A stretch of DNA of 64,000 nucleotides, from NCBI GenBank assembly GCA_050613775.1, contig JBODTK010000116.1:62001-126000 (forward strand). The letters run 5' to 3'. This DNA comes from Neocallimastix sp. 'constans' (lineage: Eukaryota). A program made the position numbers and the translations under genes. Below the pieces are notes generated by a model. The model saw nothing but the letters and a program-made list of their open reading frames with translations. It made no database searches and had not been told where the DNA came from. Position 1 is the stretch's first letter. Each line of letters begins with the position of its first letter. This document shows positions 38,584 through 52,800 of the stretch, in pieces.

Positions 38584-40844
38584 AATTATTATTACTAATA
38601 TTATCATAAGGAATTTTTCTAATAAAGTTTTTTTTTTTTTATTTAATAACATAATTAAATATTTATGTAATAAAAAAATAATAAATAATAAAATAATATA
38701 TAATATTTAATATTAAAAATGCTAATATTAACAATAACACTTAATTATGACTTATTAACATTTCATATGATATAATAAAAATGTATAATTTTTTTTTTTT
38801 TTTTTTTTTTAATTTAAAAATTTTTAAATTATTTTTTATTCAAGAAATATTAAAATTTAAATTATTTTTTATTTAAGACATATTAAAATATGATAATAAT
38901 TTCTAAATTGGTAGTGTTGCTAACATTGATTTATAGAATTAATTATTATTAGTATTCTTCTGGATTACTCTTTTATTATTTATTTATTTATTTTTATTAT
39001 TTATTATTTTATATTTTTATTTTTTAATTTTATTTTTATTAATTATAAATTAAAAAATTTTTCATTTATTATATTAATTAAAGGAAATACAAAAAAGTTT
39101 TTTTATTTTTTTATTATTTAAATATAACAGAATTTATTAATATATTTAATTAATTTTTTTTTTTGCTTTTTTTGTTATGTTTTTCTATTTCCTTTTTTTA
39201 CTTTTTTTTTTTTTTTTTTATATTAAAAGAAGTTGTATCTTTTACCAAGAAATTTGTAATTAACGAGTTATACTTAATAATAAACGAATATATTGGATTC
39301 ATATATAAAATACATCTTGTATTATTTTTGAATACATTCTGATTTGAATTTGGGGATAGTACAAATGTTTATAAAAATAAAAAAAATTAAAAAATGAAAT
39401 ATTAAAAATTATATTAATTATATTAGAAATTTATAATTATTATTAATTATTAATATTAAAAAATATGACTAAAAAAAAATCAAAGGAAATCGAAATGTCT
39501 ATATATATATACCATATTTACAAATATATAACAATTAATAAAAAAAAAAAAAAAAAAAAAAAAAAGAAAATTAATCTCATATGAAATGATTGATGCCATT
39601 TATATCATTATATGTTATCACTTTTTTCTTTTGTTTTTTTTTTATTAATTTATATTAATTTGTATTATTGATATATTAACAGTATTTTTAGGCACTCATT
39701 TATACAAATATATAAAAATAAAAATAATTAAAAATATTATAATATTATACATAATATATAATATCATATTAACTAAATATAATATCCATTAATCAATTAG
39801 GATTGAACATTATAAAATAGAATTGGTTTTGTTTAACTACTAATTAATAAATAAAAATAAAAATAAAAATATAGAAAAAAAATTATAAAGAGGACAAAAT
39901 TTTGTAATACTTGCTATATTGTATAAATAATGAAATCATTTAGTCTAGAATATATATAATTTTATCATTAGTAAATTAATTTTAATAATTAATAATATAT
40001 AGACATATATTACTATTATTATTATTTTTTTATTCCCTATTATATATATATTTATTTTTATTTTATTTTATTTTTTTTTTTACATAATAAAATAGTATGA
40101 CTATTTCATATATCCTTGAATTTTTGTTCTCTCTCTTTTTTTTTTTTTTTTTCTTTCTTTCTTTCTTTCTTTCTTTCTTAAAATAGAAAATAATAAATAA
40201 GGAAAATTTAGTAATAAATAATTTGAATTAAATGAAAAAAAAAAAATTTTTTTTGAAAAAAAATTAGTAAATTAAAAAGAACAATTTAATTATAATGAAA
40301 TAATATTATTATTAAATAAACATAATAGATTACACAAATGCTTATTCATAAAGAAATAATAAAAACAAACAAATAAACAAACAAGCAAAAAAAAAAAAAA
40401 AAAAATAAAAATAAAAACATATATTCATAAAATATTTTGCTTATCTACTATCCCTATACCTTTACAGTATTTATATTAGTAAAAAATTACTATATTTTGT
40501 ATAATATTATCTAAATTTATTGTTAATTAATCTATTTATATGAATATATATATAGAAAGAAAAAAAGAAATGTACCTATGATAATATTTTATCATATATC
40601 TTAATCAAAAACAATAAAAAAGATATGAGAACTTTTGTAATCTTTGATTAAAAAATATTCTATAAACAATTACAATATTACAATTAAGTATTTTAAAAAA
40701 AAAAAAATTAAGTTATAAAAATAAATAAAATATTATTATTAATACAAAAATGTATAAAATTTATATATAATATGTATATAATATATTATGTATATTTTAC
40801 TATTAAAATGGCTATAAATAATAATAAATATTAAATAATTGAAT

Positions 40845-41330
40845 AATAAATAATAAATAATAAATAATAAATAAAAAATAATAAATAATAAATAATAAAT
40901 AATAAATAATAAATAATAAATAATAAATAATAAATAATAAATAATAAATAATAAATAATAAATAATAAATAATAAATAATAAATAATAAATAATAAATAA
41001 TAAATAATAAATAATAAATAATAAATAATAAATAATAAATAATAAATAATAAATAATAAATAATAAATAGTAAATAATAAATAATAAATAATAAATAGTA
41101 AATAATAAATAATAAATAATAAATAGTAAATAATAAATAATAAATAATAAATAATAAATAATAAATAATAAATAGTAAATAATAAATAATAAATAATAAA
41201 TAGTAAATAATAAATAATAAATAATAAATAATAAATAATAAATAATAAATAGTAAATAATAAATAATAAATAATAAATAGTAAATAATAAATAATAAATA
41301 ATAAATAATAAATAATAAATAATAAATAGT
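40845..41330. repeat. (AATAAAT)n heptamer satellite with AGTAAAT variants
   Basis: Visible tandem array of about 480 bp. Confidence 0.95.
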
Positions 41331-44300
41331 TAATAATGATAAATAATACTAATAATAGTTATGATAATAATCATGATAATAATAAGTAATGTAATATATA
41401 TGTAATATATATATAATATTTAAAACTTCTTAATATGCCTAATATAATAATTTTAACTATATTAGTATATATTTTTATGTACCTATTATTACTGATTGGT
41501 TGTTACTGAAAAAAGTCATGCTATCTTTAAAACTATATTATCCCAATATTTTCATCAAAAAGATAATTAAAAAAAAAACCTTTTTATGATACAAAATAAT
41601 ATGATAAAGATATTAAATATATTTAAACATCCTATAGTGGGAGTTACTCTCATTACTAAATTAATATACATATCAATTATTATTATTATTAATTAGATAT
41701 TAAAACAAAAAAAAACTTAATTTTTTTCTGTTATTTATAAAAAACTTTCTTCTTTTAAACATAAGTACTTTCTATAATTATTCAATTATTTGGTTTGTAT
41801 TTCTTTTTTATTTTTATTATTATTTTTTTTATTTCAGATATTTTCCATTATTAGTATTATTAATATTACTCATTCTGTATAGATATCTCTTATTAATAAA
41901 ATTTTATCAGCATTAATCTTTTTAACTACTATTACTCATGAAGTTATCATTTTATTATAACATTTTAAAATTAACATTTATTATATTATCTGCTCATCTT
42001 AATAAATATGTATCTATAAGTATGAAATATATTATTTTTATTTAGTGCACATGTACTTTAAATAGATATACATATATTTTATTTTGTAATATATTAATTT
42101 TTTTTTTAATTGAAAAAATTTTTTATAATAATTTAAAAAATAATTATTAATTTTATATTAATTATGACTTAATTAATAGCAATATAGCAATATATTGTTA
42201 TATTAATTATGTATATAAATATTAAATATAAAATTTATTTTTTTTTTTTTTTTTTGATGTTATATTGTTCTTATATTTAAAAAGTTAATATTGTTATTTT
42301 CAATAAATAAAGTTTATTTGTGAGATGAATTATCCATATAATTTATATTAATTAGTAAATTTGTTAATTTTTTTTTAAAAACTTTATTAACTATTTTAGT
42401 TACTTTAGGACATATTGTTTTAATATATAATTTGTCACCAATATCATATATTTGAGAATTTTATATTTATAAAATATTCGTATTACAATAAAAAATTTGA
42501 ATGAAATAAAAAAAAAATTACTATATTTTATTATTATTGGTATATATTTTAATTTATTTTATTTAAATTGTTAAATTTTTTTTTTCAACTTTTTACCTTT
42601 TATGATTTAATTATTATTTAATTATTAAATTATAACTCATATTTAATAAAATTTTAGTATAACTTTAATTATTAATATATACTAATTAAACAATAAATAA
42701 AGAATTTTTCTAAATATAAAAATATTATTTTATAAGATTTATTTCAATACACAAATATTGTGATTAATCAATTATTCTTATATTCATAATATGCTAATAA
42801 CCATATTAAAATACTTTATGTAATAGAAATATTTTTATTATTATTTAAGCTTCATAAATATGTGTTACTTTTATATTTAAATTAATAAAAAACAATTTTT
42901 TTTATTGTTAAGTTCTAGAATTAATTAATTAGATTACTAAACGCCATATTTTTAATAAAACGTCTAATTCTTTTAAATGAAAAATTTTTGGTAAAAAAAA
43001 ATAAAAAAAATTTTTTTTTAAAAAAAAAAAAATTAAATATATAAAAAAATTTATAGTAAAAAAAAATAAAAAAAGAAACATAAAATAAAAATAAAAATTA
43101 TCAAAATTTGAATATACAATAAAAATCATATATATTATTATTATTATATAACAGAACTACTTAAATGTTGTGATATATATAAAATAAAATATTAAAAATA
43201 TTTAAAAAATTTTTTTTTTATAATTATATTTAATATTTTTTAGATTAAATGTTATCTATAATTTAAATAATATATATCTTTTAATATTTATTATCGCATT
43301 AAATGAAATATATATATATTAATAAAAAAATGACTAAGAATATTTCATTTTATTACTAATTTTTAGTTACCTTTTTAATTCATTATTCTCTATTAACAAT
43401 ATAATATATTAATAAATGAATTAATAAATATAATATTAAAGAAAAAAAAAAGTTTTTCTTTTTTTAAAAAAATATAAAATTTAAACATATAATACATAGA
43501 ATAACAAAAAAAAAATAATATATATATGTATTATTAATACTTATTATTTAATAAAAAAAAAATAAGAAAGATAAAAACAATTAGCTTATAATAGCTCAAT
43601 AATGAAGAAAAAAAAAAAGACTTAAAGTCATATAGAGAATGTTAATACTGTATTTTTTTTTTTAATATTTTCTAATAAAATATTTTTTATATACAAATTT
43701 AAAAATAAAAATAATTATTAAAAATTAATCTTGAACAGAAAGTAACCCATGAATTATATTCATAATATTTGAAAAGATAACTAAATTTTATTATTTTATT
43801 TAATCCAAAATGATTTATTTTTGAATTTATTGTTGAATAATGATAATAAAAAAAAAAATTATATAGAAACAAATATTAATTAAAAAATTAATAATAAAAA
43901 ATTTTTTATTTTTTTATTTTTTAAAAAAAATTTATGTCATAATTTCAACTAATTTTTTTTTACATTTATTTAATATAAATAATATAAAATAAAATTTATC
44001 CTTTTTAATTTAAATATATTAGAAACGTCACCCTCAAAAAAAAATTTAATACTTTAATTTCTATTTTTTTTGACAAAAGATAAAAGATAAAAAAAAATTT
44101 TTTTTAATTATATTCTTACTATGACTTGTATTGAATAGATAAATTAATTTAATTATTAATAATTAAACTTTTTATATTCATAAAGTTTAATTTTATGACA
44201 AATATTTATTAAATATTAATTATTAAATTAAATTTAATGAATACTTTGTCATTTTAATATATTGTACATAAAATTTATATTCAATGTACAATAAATATTT

Positions 44301-45131
44301 TAGTATAACTATATTAAATTATATATTTAATTAAAATATTATAAAATAAAGTTATAAACAAACAAAAAAAAAATTTTTTTTTGAAATAGTATAAAAATAT
44401 TTATTAAAATAATAATTTATATATTATAAAATAATTACAATTTTTAAATAATATATATTATTAGTATATAATAAAGTAATTATAATAATAATATTTATCC
44501 TTTATTCCTTAATTTTATATATTATTTTTTGAAATTATATTATTTTATATTTATAACTATTTTTATAATATTAAAATTATAATATAATTATAATTTATTA
44601 TATTTTTATTTATTAAAATTTCATATATTTTATTTATTTATATTAGTAGTTTTATTGTTTTTAGCGGTAAAGATAAATCTATTGTATTGATATTATATAA
44701 AAAAATATAAAATAATATAGATATAATAAATATAAAAATATATATATTGTATTTTACTCCAATTTATTATTTGAATATATTAATTTTTATGGTGAAATAA
44801 GCAAAAAAAAAAAAAATAAAAAAAAAAAATAAAAATTAAAATTTTATAAAAAAAAAAAAAAAAAAAAAATTGAATATATATTATTAAAATTTTTATTATA
44901 TAAACAGAAAATTTTCGTTTTTATTTTTTATTTTTTTTTTTTTTTTATTAACATTAAGAACTTTTTTGTGTAAATAATATTTTTTTAAATTATTAAAATA
45001 TTTAATTTTTAAAATTAAATATTTTTTTTTTTTTGTTAAATATTTTATATTTATTTTTTAATTATTTAAAAACTGTATTATTCGTAATTTCCATTTTGTT
45101 TATATAAATAAGTATATAAATAAAAACAAAA

Positions 45132-47807
45132 ATGAAAATAACAAGTCTTGTAACTGCGTTACTTTTTGGTAAATATATAATTTAAATTTGATATTGTTAA
45201 AAAAAAAAAATAATGATTAGAATGGATAAATAATTTTATTGATAAAAATAAAAAAGAAGTATAAAAAAAAATTAAATAAAAAAAAAAAAAAGAACAGAAG
45301 AATCTATATGTTATTAATAGATATAATAAAAATTGGGGAATATTTTATTATTAATATAAATATATATGCATATATAAACTTTTTTTTCTTTTACAATCAT
45401 ATTTTTTTTTTATATATAGCTTCTTTTACATCAGCTCATACTGATTTTATTCCAGATGGTAATCGTGCTGAACTTTTTGAAATAATGGATCATGAAGTTC
45501 CAGATTTTAGAATTACCTTGCCTCAAAGTGAATTTGAACAAATGAAGAGAGAAATGAATTCCGGTGGAGGTTTCTTCAAGCGTCAGTGGGACTGGGGAGG
45601 AAACAACCAATGGGGTGGTAATAACGGAGGTAACAACAACCCATGGGGTGGTAATAATGGTGGTAACAACCAATGGGGTGGTAATAACGGAGGTAACAAC
45701 AACCCGTGGGGTGGTAATAATGGTGGTAACAACCAATGGGGTGGTAATAATGGTGGTTTTGGTCAAGGAGGCTTCGGAGGAGGTGGCTTCGGAGGAGGCT
45801 TTGGCGGAGGAGGCTTTGGCTTCGGTCAAAAGGAAAATTTCAAGTCAAAGAATGCTACTATGATTGTTAATATTAATGGGTAAATAAATAAATTAAAAAA
45901 GAATAAAAAGAAGAAAAACTTATAAAAAAATTTTTTTTGATATATAATATATTATTTTATAATTAATATTTTATATATTATTTAAAATAATATTATTAAT
46001 AATAATCTTTTTTCTTTATATTTTATATGATTGAATATATATATATATAATAAATTAAATGATATATAATATTCATTTAATTAAAATTCAAATTAAATGA
46101 AATTCAAAAATAATAATTGAAATAAAATAAAAAAAAAATAAAATTATAAATAAATGAATGTCAAACAATTTTGATTTTATTAAAAAAAATTAATTTTGAA
46201 ATAATATGAAATAAAATAATAAATAAAATCAACATAAATTTAATGATTTTAGAGGAAAAAAATCCTTTGATAAGGTTACATTCTCTATTGGTGGTAGTTC
46301 TTCTCGTACCTATTCTAGACAAGCTTTCAATCTTAAGATTCGTGGTAAAAATGATTTATATGGTCGTAAGCAATTTAGAATTCGTTCAGATGCTCGTGAA
46401 GCTACTTACTTAAGATCTAAATTAGCATGTGATATGCACAATCGTTTAGGTATTCCTTCTATTGCTGCTAACTACATTTCCTTATACGTTAATGAAGAAT
46501 ACTGGGGATTCTACGTTCTTATGGATTCTCCAAAACCATCTTGGGCTGAACTTGAATATGGTGATAAGGATACTACTCATATTTACAAATGTAAGTCTGG
46601 TGGTATTAACTTACAATATAGTAACAGTGCTACCCAATGTGAAAATGAAAATGAAGATGTTACTGACCATTCTGATTGGACTAGTTTCTTATCTACCTTA
46701 GATAGAACTAACTCTATAAGAGAAGCCGAAAGTTTCTTTGATGTTGATCAATTCTTATACGAAATGGCTTACGAATATTTATCTGGTTCATGGGATCACT
46801 TCCTTAACACTGGTCATAACTTTGCTATGTATAAGATGCCACAAAGCTATGGTGGTAAGTGGACTATGATTGAATACGATTTTGATGCTGATTTCGGTCA
46901 AGATGTATGTGCTATTGAGTTTGCTGGTAGTATTAAGAGTGACAAGGATTATCCATCATGGTCATTTGATGATTGGTCTACTAAAAAGAATCATGTTCTT
47001 GACACCTTTATTAAGAAGGATCGTACTCGTTTCAACCAAATTATGAAAAGATTTGTTGAAGAAGCTTTCAATCCAGATCTTCTTTTCCCACGTATTGATG
47101 AATTAAAGGACTTTATTAGATCCTATGTCAAAAAAGATAAGACTCCAGGTGCTAATGGTAAGAAACCAGGTATGCTAAATGAAAGAGCTAACAATGATTA
47201 CACTATGGCTCAATGGGAAGCTAACAGTGAATTCACTAACATTGGTGTAAGTAGTTCTAGTTCTGGTTATGGTTTAAAGTTCTGGATTCTTCTCAGATAC
47301 AGAAAGGTCTGTACCGATTTCAAGTTAAACTGTAACCCAGAATACATGGATCTTAATTATTATTATGATATTGATAGAGCTGTTGAAGGTCATATTAATA
47401 CCCAATTTAATATATTCAATTTTGGTCAACAACAACCAGACAATTCTCCAAAAACTACTCAATCTCAACCACCGAAACCAAAAACCACAAGAACCACCTC
47501 CAGAAGAACTACTACTACCACCCGTAGACCAGTTCCTACTACATCTAATGAGTGTGTCGTCGCTTCTTTGGGTTATGCCTGTTGTTCTCCAGGTAACACT
47601 GTAGTCTACTACCAAGATGAAAATGGTGATTGGGGTGTTGAAAATGATGACTGGTGTGGTATTACTAGAGCTGAAGCTCCTGCATGTTGGTCTGATAAAT
47701 TAGGTTATCCATGTTGTAGCGGATGTACTGAAAATGTTTATGAAGATAATGATGGCAAATGGGGTGTTGAAAATGGCGATTGGTGTGGTATTCCAATTAA
47801 TTGTTAA
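45132..47807 (+). CDS. cotH: Cellulosomal CotH kinase with GGNN(Q/P)W repeat insert, Thr/Arg linker and two fungal dockerins; exons 45132-45168, 45420-45879, 46253-47807
   Basis: Spliced product [19 protein letters not shown]...[34 protein letters not shown]...[14 protein letters not shown]...GSWDHF..GHN...EYDFDADFG, ending in two GY.CC...WGVEN.DWCG dockerins. Junctions are GT-AG and in frame. Confidence 0.92.
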
Positions 47808-48159
47808 AGAACCCTTAATTAAAAAGAATCATTAATTCAGAAAAACAAACAAAAAAAACAATTTGATTTTTTGAGACATGAAAAAAATTTTTTAATACAT
47901 TTTACAATGTTAAGGATATATACAAATTGTATACAAATTAAATTGTTTTAATATATCAATTGTTTTTGATAAACAATTGTAATTAAATTACTATTTTTTT
48001 TATTATTTAAAAAAATAATTATTTTTTAAACATTATAAATATTATCGGATTAAAGGATAATAAAAAAAAGAAAAAAAATGGTGAAACTTATCAAGAAATT
48101 AATTAAAAAATAAACACAAAAAAGTCATTTTAAATTTTTATAATTTAATTTAATATATA

Positions 48160-48190
<31 letters not shown>

Positions 48191-48942
48191 AAAATGTATT
48201 GACTACATTTTTTTAAAGTTTTTATTTTTTTTTTTTTTTAATTAGTAAATTTCATTTAATTGTATGGGAGTAATTATATATATATTTATATATATATATT
48301 TTTTAAAAAAAATAAGATCACAATAAGAATAATTTTTTTTTTTTAAAAAAAAAAAAATCAAAATAAGAGTAATTTTTTTTAAAAAATAAAACTAATAATA
48401 AAAAGTAGTACGAATTAATACAAGTTTAAAAAATAAGTAATTCAATAATATATGTTTAATATTATGACTTAAAAAGGAAAAAATAATTTTAATACAAAGT
48501 AAAAGTATATATATTATAAAAATATTATATAATATATATATATTTTATTTTATTATTTTTGAATTGAATATAAGAAAATAACTCAATTTTAAAATTAAAA
48601 ATAAAACAAAAAACAAATAATAAATTATTATATAATGTAATGTAATAATAATAAAAAAACTTTATAAAACAAAAAATATATTATATAATATAAAAAAAAA
48701 GTATACTCTATCAATTAATTTCATTATAATTAGATAGAATATAATAATATATTATATAAAAATTTTTTTTTTTTATTAAAGGTTAAAAAAAAAAAGTAAA
48801 ATTAAAAACAATTAAATAAATAAAAATAATTAACAAATTAAGTAAATAAAATTTAATAATAATAAAATTATATTATATTTATAATTTTAATAAAAATTTG
48901 TGTAATTTGTGTAATTTGTGTAATATTGATTTATTGTTAATA

Positions 48943-48987
<45 letters not shown>

Positions 48988-48989
<2 letters not shown>

Positions 48990-49217
48990 CATTATATTTG
49001 CCAATTCTCAATATTGTTGTGGTGGACTTTTTGCGGATGATATTGTTTTAGTTGCTCCATCTAAACAAGCTCTTAAGAAAATTTTGAATAAGGTTCATGA
49101 ATGGGCTATTAAGAATGAAATGACTTTTGGAATTAATAAGTGTGCTACTTGTACAAACCACTTTTCTTATGCTTTCAGGAAACAGGAAATGGTTCAGGTT
49201 CTAGCAGTAAATATCCC
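48988..49217 (+). mobile_element. Chimeric LINE relic: RT fragment followed by an endonuclease fragment
   Basis: After an A-run: CCGGLFADDIVLVAPS...MTFGINKCAT (to ~49150), then in another frame LYKPLFLCFQETGNG, matching the APE motif FKPICICLQETG of the intact LINE. Confidence 0.8.
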
Positions 49218-49810
49218 CAATGATGGAACCTAAGCTGTATGGTTTCTGAGGGGATTCAGCAATTAGTATAATAATAAAATCTTAATTATTTTTCAATCTT
49301 ATATGCAATTTCAATCTTTTTATATAAAACATAACTGTAGCTTTTTAAATCAATTATTCAATCAAAAGAATTTTTTACACTATACTACTAACAATATTGT
49401 TTTTTTTTTTCTTATATTTTTTAAATTTTTTCTATATTTTTTCTATACTTTTTATATATATATATATACTTTTTTATCGTTATATATGTTATTTTATATC
49501 TCTATATTAATTTTTTACTTTAGGTTTTTTTAATTTTCATATCCTTTTACAATATTTTAACATATAAAAAAAAAAAAAAAAATAAATTAAATTTACTATT
49601 TTACATTATTTTATTGAATAAATAATTTTTCCACTAACATTGTTTTTTAAATATATCTTAGGAAATACAATTCATGTGAAACTATTAACTCTTATATTCA
49701 GTAAACTTAAATGTTAAATATTTTATATATAATTCTTTGGTATTCAATCCTTATAATCAATTCATTTTAAATAGAAATTAAGTCAGTTCTTTTCTCAACT
49801 AACTCTAAAC

Positions 49811-52800
49811 ATGGATGCTTCTAGTTCTGTTAACACTACTCCCTTCCATCGTGGTTTCTACTGCTTCGGAAATCATATGAATAATTATAGCCTTATTTTC
49901 ATTCATGACCTTAATTCTTGGTCCCCTAGAAAACTAATGGCACAAGTTATTAGTAAGATCCCTTACTACAATGAAATTATTCCATATGTTAAAAAACTTT
50001 TTTCTCCAAGGTATGGCTCATACTTCATTATTAGGGTTAATAAATACAAAAATGATCTCATCATTTTCTATGTTTTAAATTTCTTAAGAGATGAAATTCC
50101 TGAAACAGCTAAAATTACCTGGTCCTTGTGTAATAAACTGAATCAAATGAACAAGTCGAGGAAATCTAAAAACATTGATGTTGAACTTAATCCTATGGCA
50201 AAAGATTTTTTCTCTAGCCATCTAAATTCAAATTCTTCTTTCTTTAATCTCTGTGTTAGTTGGAATATTAACGGTTGGAATACTGAAAAGCGAGATAGTA
50301 TTTTGTATCTCAACTCTACTTTTAAACCTATATGTATCTGTCTACAAGAAACTGGAAAAAGTAAATATCTACCAAAAGATGTTTCATCACCTTTAATTCC
50401 ATATTACAACTCAGTTTTCCTTAAAGCTAATCCTAAAACCCCTGGTATGAGAGGACTCTTTATTGGTGTTCATTCTTCGTGCTCTTTCTTCCAAGAACCG
50501 TTTTTATACAAATATATCATTTCAGTTAATATTACTTCTTTTTGGAATCAAAAATGTACTATTGGTAATATCTACTTCCCTCAAAGCAAATGGAAGGAAG
50601 CAAGACTAGTTGCTTTTGATGAACTCTCTCAATGGTTACGTTTTCACAATAGAAAAAATGTTCCGGCTGTCCTAGTTGGTGACTTTAACATGTCATTAAA
50701 GAAGATCAAAACATACATTTCAAATAATTTTCCTAATTGGTATATTGCTCCTTTATATGGTAATCAATTTACATATGCTAAAGGTACTAGATCATCTTGC
50801 ATTGATCATGTCATCTATAATGAGGCTTTGGCATCCCATATTAATAAAACCTCGGTTTGTACTTCGTTTTATGGTATTTCTGATCATAAACCTATTTTAC
50901 TTTCTTGCAACAAAGTTCTCTCCGATGGTTTTATAAGGCCTACTAAAGTTTCTAAATGGTCAACTCATATTTGTAAAACAAAAAATTCAGATATTTTATC
51001 ACATAATTATTTTTCAATCCTAGAAAATGACCTTGATTCTCATTACAATTCGCTTACGGCTGATGAAATGGTAGAAAAATTTATCAATACAGCAAATAAT
51101 ATCGGGAAAGATATTAAGGCTTTTATTCCAACAAATTTAAAGGGCTCTGCTTTTCATTGTCCTTATTACATTAAAAAACTATCTCATGAAAAACATATTG
51201 CATTTCGGAATATTAAGCCTTACTTTAATTGTGAAAATGTTGATAATTACCTTGAACAATTTAATAAATATGAAAAACTTTGCAAATTAATCAAGAAAAC
51301 TAAGAGTAAATTTCGTTCTGCTAGATTTAAGGCTAATATAGTAAAAATAGGTAATTATTTTTTGAATAAAGATTTCAAAAATGGTTGGAGATGTTTAAAG
51401 AAAATGGCTAAACCATCATATTCATCTACCTCCCTTACTTGCATTAAATCTAAGTTTGGTCAAGATATTATCTCTCCTTCAAAGCAATTAGATAGATGGG
51501 CTGAATATTATAAAGATCTTGCTTCGGATCCCTCAGGTCACAGCCTTAATCGTAATTACTGGAATCATGCTTTAAGGAATATTAGTCTTAGATCCACTAC
51601 CTGGAATATAAATGGTCCTATTACGATTGAAGATATTAAAAAAACTATTTCATCGATGAAAAATAACAAAGCACCCGGCCCCGATGGTATTCCGATTGAA
51701 TTCTACAAAGCTCTTTTTTGTAACGAAGAATTACTAGAATCACATCCTGCTGCTGGAAAGTGTCTAAAATTGATATTTAATAAAATATGGAATGGGTCAT
51801 TTCCTAAAAAATGGAACTCAGCTTCTATTGTATCAATTCCTAAGAAGGGTGACCTATCAGATTGTAGTAATTATCGAGGTATTTCTCTCATTAACGTTGG
51901 ACTAAAAATCATTTCAAAAATTATAACAGATAGAATATCTACTTACTTACTCTCACACAATTTCATTAGACCTGAACAATTTGGATTTCGCAACCGCGAA
52001 GAATGCATTAGTTTATTCATTTCCGTTAGAGAAATTTGTCAAAGAAGAAAATTCCAAGGAAAATTCACATATTTAGCTTTTTTAGATCTTAAAAAAGCTT
52101 ATGATTCAGTTCCTATTTTTAACATTCTTACTAAATTATATCACTATGGAGTACGCGGTAAATGTTTTGATTTTCTTTGTAATTTATATACTTCATCTAA
52201 AGCACGTGCTCGATTTGCTTCAATGTTATCAAATGAATTTCCTATTAAAAGAGGTGTTCGTCAAGGTTGTCCTTTATCTCCAATCTTATTCAATTTATTC
52301 ATCAATGATATACTAAATGACTGTGAAAAGTATGGTGTTAATGTTGGAAGAAAAAAGTGTTGTGGTGGACTCTTTGCTGATGATGTTGTTCTCATTGCTC
52401 CAAGTGCAAAAAATTTAGAAAAATTATTAAAAAAGGTACATAAATGGGCTAATTTAAATGAAATGACTTTTGGTATTGAAAAGTGTGCAACTATGGTTAT
52501 AAAACCAATGAACTTCCAACCTCCTCCAAACTATAGTGATCCAACCTTCTATTTAGGAAAGAATGATATTCCTAAAGTTTCTAGTTATGTCTATCTTGGT
52601 ATTCCTTTTTCAGATGATCTCCTACTAGAACACATTATATCTCACATGCATTTTAAAGTTAGAAAATCCCTTCTTTCATTTACACGTTTCTTTTCAAATA
52701 AACTTATTCCTATTGTATACAAGAAAAAAGTTCTTCAATCCTTTGTTATTAGTAAAGTAATTTATTATTCTCCTTTACTTGGTTCAAACAAATCTAGAAC

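Noticed and set aside
40845..41330. Regular repeat arrays as CRISPR or telomere
   Set aside because: No unique spacers or cas genes, eukaryotic context, internal position and not G-rich.
45239..45419. N-terminus of ORF 45239-45883
   Set aside because: Intron sequence; the real start is the ATG at 45132, spliced to 45420.
45431..45863. Alternative-frame and antisense ORFs with VVTT/ITTP repeats
   Set aside because: Shadows of the GGNNQW repeat in the CotH exon.
49150..49260. Structured RNA upstream of the intact LINE
   Set aside because: Most of it is explained as a LINE endonuclease coding fragment (KPLFLCFQETG).
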